A DNA stretch of 64,000 nucleotides from Mogibacterium sp. (GTDB lineage: Bacteria; Bacillota; Clostridia; Peptostreptococcales; Anaerovoracaceae), in assembly GCA_017432075.1 (NCBI GenBank), contig JAFRJV010000134.1:13173-77172 (forward strand), given 5' to 3'. Position 1 is the stretch's first letter, and each line of letters opens with the position of its first letter. Below the pieces are notes generated by a model. The model searched no databases. It saw nothing but the letters and a program-made list of their open reading frames with translations, and was not told where the DNA came from. The position numbers and the translations under genes were made by a program. This document shows, one piece after another, positions 38,108 through 46,012 of the stretch.

Positions 38108-38953
38108 ATGTTTGATGTGGCAATTATTGGGACGGGGCCTGCGGGCCTTTCGGCGGCACTTACGCTGAAGCTTCATAACAAGGATATCATCTGGTTTGGC
38201 TCGAACGAGCTGAGCGACAAGGTCGGCAAGTCCGAGAAGATCGCCAACTATCCGGGTGTGGCTATGGTCTCCGGCGCGGATCTTAATAAGAAGTTCCGAG
38301 ACCAGGCTGCCGGGCTGGGACTCGAGCCTGTAGACAAGCGCGTTACCAATATCGCTGACATGGGCGGCACTTATATGATCCTCGCCGACAACGAGATGTT
38401 TGAGGCTCGTACGGTGCTGCTTTCAACGGGTATCGCTGCTGCCAAGGGAATGGAGAACGAGGCAAGGCTTCTCGGAGCCGGAGTCAGCTACTGCGCTACA
38501 TGCGACGGCTTCCTTTACAAGGGAAAGACAGCTGCTGTCTACTGCACTGATGAGCGCATGGAGCACGACATCAAATATCTTGAGGAAGTCTGCGGCAAAC
38601 TTTATATCTACACAAGCTTCGGTTATACGACAGACGCGGAGAATGCTGAGATCCTGAAGCTGCCTGTGAAGAAGCTGGACGGAGGAATGAAGTGCGACTC
38701 GATAGAGCTCACGGACGGAACGAAGATAGACGTTGACGGGATCTTCATACTGAGGCCTGCCATCGCACCGTCGACGGTTCTTCCCGGACTTGAAATGGAC
38801 GGCGCGCACATAAAGGTGGGCCGCAGCCAGGAGACGAACTATAAAGGCTGCTATGCTGCGGGCGACTGCACGGGCAGGCCGTATCAGATCGCTAAGGCGG
38901 TTGGTGAAGGAAATGTCGCCGCCCATGCGATACTGGAGCTTTTGAGTAATTGA
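38108..38953 (+). CDS. Thioredoxin-reductase-like flavoprotein without a recognisable NADPH-binding motif
   Basis: 281 aa with FAD fold DVAIIGTGPAGLSAAL, redox CATCDG and C-terminal YAAGDCTGRPYQ. No GGGxxA motif follows the CxxC. Confidence 0.75.
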   Translation: MFDVAIIGTGPAGLSAALTLKLHNKDIIWFGSNELSDKVGKSEKIANYPGVAMVSGADLNKKFRDQAAGLGLEPVDKRVTNIADMGGTYMILADNEMFEARTVLLSTGIAAAKGMENEARLLGAGVSYCATCDGFLYKGKTAAVYCTDERMEHDIKYLEEVCGKLYIYTSFGYTTDAENAEILKLPVKKLDGGMKCDSIELTDGTKIDVDGIFILRPAIAPSTVLPGLEMDGAHIKVGRSQETNYKGCYAAGDCTGRPYQIAKAVGEGNVAAHAILELLSN

Positions 38954-39065
38954 CATGTGATATAAGCTATGTTACTCTGTGAACACAAAAAGTGCTGCCG
39001 ATAGACGGCTAGCCTAAAAACAATAGACTACAGAAATAGTCGCCTGAGTTTGGAGCTGAGGGCGG

Positions 39066-39146
39066 CTACTTCTTTATGTAAGCAAGCAGAGTAATCAGGA
39101 ATAACCCGAAGGTCAGGCCTAAGTAGATCGTCTCGAATACACTCAT
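39066..39146 (-). CDS. Hol-Tox-like small hydrophobic peptide (candidate type I toxin)
   Basis: 26 aa, MSVFETIYLGLTFGLFLITLLAYIKK*. RBS AAAGGAGGTGATTGCC precedes the ATG. An upstream CCCTCC can pair with the RBS. Confidence 0.5.
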   Translation of the reverse strand: MSVFETIYLGLTFGLFLITLLAYIKK

Positions 39147-39305
39147 GGCAATCACCTCCTTTCATGAAGCAGGAGGGATTGGGCCCTCCGAAAAGGGCTA
39201 ACCGTCCACCGCTATGACAGCACTGGTTTTATTACTACACATAAATTTATCTGTAATTCAACGGCAAGATAACGCTTAAAACTTTCATATAGAAAGGGAA
39301 CTGTA

Positions 39306-39998
39306 ATGATTGCTTTAAAGATTGAAAACCAGGCGATGATGTTCGCTTTCCTCAGCCGCGCGGCTATAGAAGCTAAGGGAGAAGAAGGCAGGGCTGCTAT
39401 CCAGGACGGCATGATACGCTACGGAAGAGAGCGCGGTGCCAGAATGGCAGAGCGTGCACGCAAGGCCGGCGACCCGGTCGATCTCTGGACTAACCAGGCG
39501 TACGGTGAGTGGAAGCCTGACTACGCAGGCCAGATGGAGTTCGGAATGCTCCGCTCAGAGCCGACTTATCAGACATATATCGCAAAGTGCGCGTGGTGCG
39601 AGGCATGGAAGAAAAACGACATCCTCGAGTACGGACGTGAATACTGCGTAAATGTGGATGCAGCCGTATACGATGGATTCGGCTGCGGGGCTGTATGCAC
39701 ACCGATCTCAACAGCCATGAGCTGGGGCGGAGAGCGCTGCGACTTTGACTGGGGAAAGCCTCTCAGCGCAGAAGAGCTGAAAATGGTTGCTGACAAGAAA
39801 GCCGAACTCGGTACAAGCGCAATAAGGGACTTCAACTTCCATACCGCTCACATCTACTGTGCTGTCGCAGATGAGCTCTGCAAGCACTTTCCTGAAGACT
39901 CAAAGGAAATGATCGACAGAGCCGTTGCAGACTATATTGCACTTTTCGGTCAGGAAGCGTATGATTGCCTGCTGGAGTTCTCACCGGACGAATTCTGA
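39306..39998 (+). CDS. ATC-hydrolase-family-like Cys-rich protein (L-2-amino-thiazoline-4-carboxylate hydrolase family)
   Basis: 230 aa with KCAWCEAWKK...YGREYCVNVDAAVYDGFG...GGERCDFDW, a pattern typical of that family. Confidence 0.5.
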   Translation: MIALKIENQAMMFAFLSRAAIEAKGEEGRAAIQDGMIRYGRERGARMAERARKAGDPVDLWTNQAYGEWKPDYAGQMEFGMLRSEPTYQTYIAKCAWCEAWKKNDILEYGREYCVNVDAAVYDGFGCGAVCTPISTAMSWGGERCDFDWGKPLSAEELKMVADKKAELGTSAIRDFNFHTAHIYCAVADELCKHFPEDSKEMIDRAVADYIALFGQEAYDCLLEFSPDEF

Positions 39999-40031
39999 TC
40001 AATGGAAATGGACTGGAGAAATAACTAAGAA

Positions 40032-41273
40032 TTGAATTCTTTAAAACTTAATGCTGAATACGCAACAACACTCGGGGCATACTGGATGATCTACGCGATC
40101 GCAGGCAGTTTTGCCTCGGTTTTTATGCTCGCAAAAGGCTATGACAACATGCATATCGGCATGACGCTGGCTGCTGCAAACCTGCTTGCGCTTGCGCTGC
40201 AACCTTTTGTTGCCGACCACATGGACAGGGCAAAAGGGATAAAGATAATCGACGCGTCGGTATGGATGACGCTGTTCATGATGCTGACCGGTGTGGGTTA
40301 TTTTGTCTTTAGCGGGGGATCGTTCATGCTGGCCGCAGTGATCGTGGTGATTCTGGCGATACATGCCCTGATTCAGCCGCTGCTCAATTCACTTGCCTTC
40401 AGGCTCGGCGAAAGCGGCACGGAAGTAAACTTCGGGATAGGAAGAGCCGGAGGCTCACTGGGGTTTTCCCTGATAGTGGCGGTGCTCGGAACTCTCGTAG
40501 AGAAAAAAGGAGAAATGTCCGTAGCTGTATGTACGGAGGCGGCCTGCGCGCTGCTGATAGCACTGCTCTTCCTTACAAAATACAGCTTCACGAAAATGAA
40601 GAGGGCAAACGATATTGAGATCGCAGAGCACGCCGGAGGGAAACCGGCAGAAGATGATGCGGATGATAACGAAAGGATAGACCTCAAGGCATTCATCAGG
40701 CGCAATAAATACTTCTTCATTATGAACCTGGGGATCTCAGGGCTGCTCTTCAGCAACGCTATCCTCAGCAATTACATGCCGCAGATAGCCGGCGGAGTAG
40801 GAGGCACCACTGAACAGACCGGAAGGATCCTTTCCCTGATGGCCCTGCTCGAGATGCCAACGATGGTCTTCATCGGAACGATAAGGAAGCACTTCCGGAG
40901 CAGCACGCTCATAAAGATCGCATCGGTCGGTTTCACCGGAAAGATAGTGGTCTGCTGGCTCGCCGGTTCGGTAGGAGTGCTCTTTGCAGCACAGGCATTC
41001 CAGCTTGTGGCATTCGCGCTTCTGATGCCCGCCATGGTCTATTATGTAAATGAGATAATGAGCCCGGGAGAGGCCGTCAAGGGACAGTCTCTCTTCACGA
41101 TGATGTTTACATTCGCGACTATCATCGCAAGCTTTGCGGGAGGCTGGATACTCGACGCTTCCGGAGCAAAGGTGCTTACCTTTGTTGCTGCTCTGATAAC
41201 AGCTGCAGGAGCTGCCGTTGTGTTCCTGAGTATCGACAAGGTAAAAGACCACAGGAGATTGCCGCACAACTAG
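40032..41273 (+). CDS. MFS transporter (12 TM)
   Basis: 413-aa polytopic ORF. TTG start at 40032 with GGAGA 12 nt upstream; the true start is uncertain (the next in-frame ATG is about 50 nt downstream). Confidence 0.7.
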   Translation: MNSLKLNAEYATTLGAYWMIYAIAGSFASVFMLAKGYDNMHIGMTLAAANLLALALQPFVADHMDRAKGIKIIDASVWMTLFMMLTGVGYFVFSGGSFMLAAVIVVILAIHALIQPLLNSLAFRLGESGTEVNFGIGRAGGSLGFSLIVAVLGTLVEKKGEMSVAVCTEAACALLIALLFLTKYSFTKMKRANDIEIAEHAGGKPAEDDADDNERIDLKAFIRRNKYFFIMNLGISGLLFSNAILSNYMPQIAGGVGGTTEQTGRILSLMALLEMPTMVFIGTIRKHFRSSTLIKIASVGFTGKIVVCWLAGSVGVLFAAQAFQLVAFALLMPAMVYYVNEIMSPGEAVKGQSLFTMMFTFATIIASFAGGWILDASGAKVLTFVAALITAAGAAVVFLSIDKVKDHRRLPHN

Positions 41274-41317
41274 GTATGTGTTACAATCACTTTACAACTG
41301 AAAACAGGAGATCAACA

Positions 41318-41563
41318 ATGGAAACCAGAGTCGCCGTGATAAGCATTATCGTCACGCAGTCCGACAAGGTGGAAATGCTGAACGATCTTCTCCATGAGTA
41401 TTCCGGATTCATCATCGGACGCATGGGGATCCCGTACAAAGAGAAGGGAATAAGCATTATCAGCATAGCCATTGATGCACCGATGGATAAGATCAACTCA
41501 CTCACCGGAGCACTCGGACGCCTTGACGGTATAAATGCCAAGGTGACCTACGCCAAAGTCTGA
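41318..41563 (+). CDS. TM1266-family small ACT/NikR-C-like protein ('iron-only hydrogenase system regulator' family)
   Basis: Start at METRVAVISIIV. The signature HEYSGFIIGRMGIPYKEKGISIISIAIDAP is present. 81 aa. Confidence 0.65.
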   Translation: METRVAVISIIVTQSDKVEMLNDLLHEYSGFIIGRMGIPYKEKGISIISIAIDAPMDKINSLTGALGRLDGINAKVTYAKV

Positions 41564-41757
41564 AACATCCTTCTGAAGCTGAAATCCCATGAAAAGGGTT
41601 TGAGGCCGAAGCAAGATGCGAAGGTGATCATTTGTAAGAGCGCTTTTTTGCGTACTGAGATTTGATTTATGCAGCCTTGCTTCACACGGAGCGGGGCTGT
41701 TTTGATTGGAGCAGGGTCACCGTAAAAGAAAATTAAAAAAGGAAGTAAAGCAAGCAC

Positions 41758-42780
41758 ATGAGCCTCAGAAGAGACGGAAGGCTTGGCGCCGCATGGATCG
41801 TAGTATTAATAGTGCTGCCGTTTGCCGCAGCCATCATCGCCCTTGGGATCGGACGTATGTCGATCGCCCCGGGCGAAGTTCTTGATGTGCTCCGCGCCGC
41901 ATTAGCCGGAAAGCATGCATCGAGTGAGCTTATAGAAAAGACAGTGATGCAGCTGAGACTGCCGCGCATCATACTCGCGGCACTGGTCGGAGCCGGGCTC
42001 TCTGTGTCAGGATGCGCGTTCCAAAGCCTCTTTGCGAACCCTCTCGCTACGCCGGACACTCTCGGTGTGGCAAGCGGCGCGGCTTTCGGCGCCGCCCTCG
42101 GGATACTGCTGGGATTCAACCTGATAGGCATACAGCTGCTGGGCCTCTTCATGGGCGGCGCAGCAGTTGCCCTCACATGGCTCGCGGGCTCGGGCAGGGA
42201 CAGAGGCGGACTGAGCTACATAGTGCTGTCAGGCATAATGATAGGCTCTCTCTTCTCAGCTCTGATATCTTTCATAAAGTTTGTAGCCGATGCTGAATCA
42301 CAGCTGCCTGCCATAACATACTGGCTTATGGGAGGTCTGGACAAGGCCAACTACCGCACGCTTTCGCTCGGTGCGCCGGTCATAATTGCCGGAGTGGTGC
42401 TGTTCATGCTCATCAGATGGCGCATGAACCTGCTGCCTCTTTCCGACGATGAAGCAAAGGCGTCGGGAGTCAACATAAGGCTGCTGAGAGGCGTCACCGT
42501 AGTGGCTGCGACAGCCATCACAGCATCCTGCGTATCGATGTGCGGACAGGTAGGCTGGGTGGGACTCCTCATCCCGCATATGTGCCGCATGCTGTTCGGC
42601 AACAACCACCTTTCGATAGTTCCGGCTTCCGTAAGCTTCGGAGCCGTGTTCATGATAATAGTAGATACCATGGCGCGCAGCATATCCGCGGCTGAGATCC
42701 CGGTCTCGATACTGACTGCCATGATAGGCGCGCCGTTCTTTATAGCTCTGATGAGAAGAAGCGGAGGCTGGCGCATATGA
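41758..42780 (+). CDS. FecCD-family ABC permease (iron-chelate / B12 / heme type)
   Basis: 340 aa with RLPRIILAALVGAGLSVSGCAFQSLFANPLATPDTLGV, typical of BtuC/FecCD. Confidence 0.9.
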   Translation: MSLRRDGRLGAAWIVVLIVLPFAAAIIALGIGRMSIAPGEVLDVLRAALAGKHASSELIEKTVMQLRLPRIILAALVGAGLSVSGCAFQSLFANPLATPDTLGVASGAAFGAALGILLGFNLIGIQLLGLFMGGAAVALTWLAGSGRDRGGLSYIVLSGIMIGSLFSALISFIKFVADAESQLPAITYWLMGGLDKANYRTLSLGAPVIIAGVVLFMLIRWRMNLLPLSDDEAKASGVNIRLLRGVTVVAATAITASCVSMCGQVGWVGLLIPHMCRMLFGNNHLSIVPASVSFGAVFMIIVDTMARSISAAEIPVSILTAMIGAPFFIALMRRSGGWRI

Positions 42781-43835
42781 GTTTACTCAGGATAGAAAAC
42801 GGCAGCTTCGCGTATAAGAGCGGACCGCAGATACTGAAAGACATAAATATAGATGTAGAGCCGGGCGAGATACTCGCGGTGCTCGGGCCAAACGGAGCGG
42901 GCAAGACGACCCTGCTGAGATGCATGATGGACATGCTACACTGGCAGAGAGGCCGCAGCCTGCTGGACGGCGAAGACATACGAAGCATACCGGCGTCCAG
43001 GCTCTGGCGCAGGATGGCATACGTGCCGCAGGCAAGGTCTGCAGCGGTTTCATACACGGCGTTCCAGACCGTACTGCTCGGAAGGAGCAGCCGCATAGGC
43101 GCTTTCTCAGCTCCGTCCGCTGAGGACATGAAGATAGCTGAGCAGGTGATGGAGAGACTGGGCATATCGCATCTCGCAGATAAACCGTGCTACGCGATAA
43201 GCGGCGGAGAGCTGCAGATGGTGCTCATAGCTCGCGCAATGGCGGCAGAACCGGAGATACTGGTCCTCGACGAGCCGGAATCCAACCTGGATTTCAAGAA
43301 CCAGCTCATAGTTCTCGACGCGATGACGGCGCTTGCTGCAGAGGGAGTCGCCTGTATATTCAACACGCATTATCCGGCTCACGCACTTCAGCGCGCAGGC
43401 AAGGCGCTGATGCTTTCGAAGGACGGCAAAAGCATCTTCGGAGATACCACGGCTGTAGTGACTGAAGAGAACATCCGCCACGCATTCGGGGTCAAGGCGC
43501 TCATAGGTGAGGTCGAGACACCGCAAAGCATAATGAAGAACGTCGTTGCTGTCGGCATAACGGGCGAAAGCGGTCCGGACACTGAGGCTGACGGCGACAG
43601 GACGATACTTGCTTCCGTGACGGTGATCATGAGGAGCAACGAGCGTGCGAATCTGATCAACAACGCATTCAGGGAATACAATCATCTGCTGATCGGCAGG
43701 ATGGGACTGCCTCACAGGAGGTCAGATAAGTACATCATAAGCGTGATGCTCGAGGGACCGGTTTCGGACATCGATGCGCTGTCTCACAGACTGAGCCTGA
43801 TACCGGACATCAGCGTGAAAACCACATATGAATAG
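42777..43835 (+). CDS. FepC/BtuD-type ABC ATPase with a C-terminal TM1266-like domain fusion
   Basis: Walker A GPNGAGKTT, signature ISGGELQ and Walker B ILVLDEP. The C-terminal 78 aa (nt 43599-43832) align without gaps to the 41318-41563 product (LIGRMGLP). ATGA overlap with the permease gene. Confidence 0.9.
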   Translation: MSLLRIENGSFAYKSGPQILKDINIDVEPGEILAVLGPNGAGKTTLLRCMMDMLHWQRGRSLLDGEDIRSIPASRLWRRMAYVPQARSAAVSYTAFQTVLLGRSSRIGAFSAPSAEDMKIAEQVMERLGISHLADKPCYAISGGELQMVLIARAMAAEPEILVLDEPESNLDFKNQLIVLDAMTALAAEGVACIFNTHYPAHALQRAGKALMLSKDGKSIFGDTTAVVTEENIRHAFGVKALIGEVETPQSIMKNVVAVGITGESGPDTEADGDRTILASVTVIMRSNERANLINNAFREYNHLLIGRMGLPHRRSDKYIISVMLEGPVSDIDALSHRLSLIPDISVKTTYE

Positions 43836-43877
43836 AACCGTGCGGACAGTTCCGGCGGATATGGGAAAGGTAATAAA

Positions 43878-44636
43878 ATGATAAAAATAGCAGTTTACGG
43901 AAAAGGCGGTATCGGCAAATCGACAACGGTATCGAACGTGTCGGCAGCACTCGCGGACATGGGCTACAAGGTCATGCAGATCGGATGCGATCCAAAGGCC
44001 GATTCAACATCCAGCCTCCATGGGCAAGGAGACATGACGACGGTTCTCGATCTCGTAAGAGAGTGCAAGAATGCATTTGAGCTTTCGGATATGGTGAAGG
44101 AAGGCTACGGCGGAGTCATATGCGTCGAAGCAGGCGGACCTACTCCGGGACTCGGATGTGCAGGGCGCGGCATTATCGCGGCGCTCGATAAGCTGAAGGA
44201 GAAGGGCGCCTACGAAACTTTCAAACCTGACGTCGTTATTTACGATGTACTTGGCGATGTAGTCTGCGGAGGCTTCTCTATGCCGATGCGCGGCGGCTAT
44301 GCCGACAAGGTGTTCGTTATCACTTCCGGCGAGAACATGGCCATACATGCCGCCGCCAATATCGCGGTAGCCCTCGACGGTTTCAAGGACAGGGGATATG
44401 CGACACTGGGCGGTATCATCCTCAACCGCAGGAACGTACGCGACGAGGATGCCAAGGTGGCCGAGCTCGCTTCAGACATCAACTCTCAAGTGATAGGAGA
44501 GCTGAGCCGCAGCGAAACAGTTACGGATGCAGAGGACCTCGGAAAGACAGTCATCGAGGCATTCCCTGACAGCGAGATGGCCGGCGAGTACCGCAAACTC
44601 GCAAAAACGCTGCTTGATATATGCAATGATAAATAA
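43878..44636 (+). CDS. NifH/BchL/CfbC-family ATP-dependent reductase (Fe-protein-like)
   Basis: 252 aa with [11 protein letters not shown]. Cluster Cys residues lie in GLGCAGRGI and GDVVCGGF. Confidence 0.9.
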   Translation: MIKIAVYGKGGIGKSTTVSNVSAALADMGYKVMQIGCDPKADSTSSLHGQGDMTTVLDLVRECKNAFELSDMVKEGYGGVICVEAGGPTPGLGCAGRGIIAALDKLKEKGAYETFKPDVVIYDVLGDVVCGGFSMPMRGGYADKVFVITSGENMAIHAAANIAVALDGFKDRGYATLGGIILNRRNVRDEDAKVAELASDINSQVIGELSRSETVTDAEDLGKTVIEAFPDSEMAGEYRKLAKTLLDICNDK

Positions 44637-44641
44637 AAAAG

Positions 44642-46012
44642 ATGCTTAAGAAAGTAAACGAAAAACAGAATATAAGGCTGAGCGCGGATGAGATCCCTCA
44701 CGTGAGGATCGCGGACGCGAACTTCCCGGCGCCGTTCAGATCGGGTCTGGAGTATTCTTCTCCGGCCCGCGGCACGTGGAACATCGTCCACACCGGGATG
44801 CTCATCCCGGAGGCACACGAAATATTCGTGTGCGCCGCGGGCTGCCTGCGCGGTGTCGTTCTGACTGCCGCTGAGATGGGTACGACGGACAGGTTCTCCA
44901 CGGTCGCCGTAAGAGAGAACAACCTGCTCGACGGAGACATGGAAGATCTCGTTATAGAAGGTGTTACGGACATAATCAACAAGCTCCCGAAGCGTCCGCC
45001 TGCAGTGCTCGTGTATACGAGCTGCGTACACCACTTTACGGGAGTCGACCTCGACATGATTTACGCGACTCTCAGGAGCCGCTTCCCGGACATCGATTTC
45101 ACGGACTGCTACATGAATCCTATCATGCGCAAGAGCGGTCTGACTCCGGACCAGCTTATGAGGTCGCGCCTTTACATGCTCCTGCATGAGCGTGAGATCG
45201 ACCCTCAGGCTGTTGCCATAATCGGCAACGATCTTCCGACAGATGAGGACAGCGATCTGATGAAGATCCTGAAGGGCGCAGGTCTGAAGATCCATGAGAT
45301 CACATCGTGCAAAAACTACGAAGAATACCAGCAGATGGCTGAGAGCCGTGTCTATGTATCGTACAACCCGGATGCAGCTCCGGGAGGTGACATGCTCTCG
45401 GAAAGGCTGGGCGGGACCCACTACGCGCTGAAGTTCAGCTTCGATTACGATGAGATCGACGAGACCTTCGCGGGGCTCGCTGAAGTTCTCGGGACCGCAC
45501 CTCGCAGCAGCGAGGAGATCTCAGCTTTGAGAGCTGAGTGCGAAAAGGAACTTGAAGAGACAAAAAAGCTTATCGGGGAAACGCCGGTGAGCATAGACTA
45601 TACATACTGCCCGAGACCTCTGGGGCTGGCGAAGCTGCTGCTCGATCACGGCTTCAATGTCACAAAGGTATATGCGGATGGCATACCGGGCGGTGACAAA
45701 GCGGCTTTCGAAAGCCTGCAGAAAGAGCACCCGGATCTCATGATCTATCCGACGGTGCACCCGGGAATGAGGTTTGCGCGCACCGCTAACGTTGAAGAGC
45801 AGGGCGAGGTCAAAGTCCTGGCGATCGGACAGAAGGCGGCTGCTTTCGAGGAAACTGATCATTTCATCAACGTAGTTGAAGGCGGCGGAATGAATGGCTA
45901 TGAGGCAGTCATGAGAACGTGCAGGCTTATGCGAGAGGCCTTCCTTGAGAAGAAGGAGATGCGTGAATTGGTACAGGTGAAGGGCCTGGGCTGCGAGGTG
46001 TGCATACGATGA
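44642..46012 (+). CDS. Nitrogenase component-1-type oxidoreductase, NifD/NifE/BchN-like subunit
   Basis: 456 aa. It lies 5 nt after the NifH-like gene. Cys residues occur in FVCAAGC and YTSCVHHFTGVDLD (S-C-x5-G-x-D pattern). Confidence 0.75.
   Translation: MLKKVNEKQNIRLSADEIPHVRIADANFPAPFRSGLEYSSPARGTWNIVHTGMLIPEAHEIFVCAAGCLRGVVLTAAEMGTTDRFSTVAVRENNLLDGDMEDLVIEGVTDIINKLPKRPPAVLVYTSCVHHFTGVDLDMIYATLRSRFPDIDFTDCYMNPIMRKSGLTPDQLMRSRLYMLLHEREIDPQAVAIIGNDLPTDEDSDLMKILKGAGLKIHEITSCKNYEEYQQMAESRVYVSYNPDAAPGGDMLSERLGGTHYALKFSFDYDEIDETFAGLAEVLGTAPRSSEEISALRAECEKELEETKKLIGETPVSIDYTYCPRPLGLAKLLLDHGFNVTKVYADGIPGGDKAAFESLQKEHPDLMIYPTVHPGMRFARTANVEEQGEVKVLAIGQKAAAFEETDHFINVVEGGGMNGYEAVMRTCRLMREAFLEKKEMRELVQVKGLGCEVCIR

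Noticed and set aside
41564-41757. A cobalamin riboswitch in front of the BtuCD-like importer
   Set aside because: No B12-box-like sequence or characteristic conserved core was recognisable by eye. It is kept only as an unexplained spacer in the findings.
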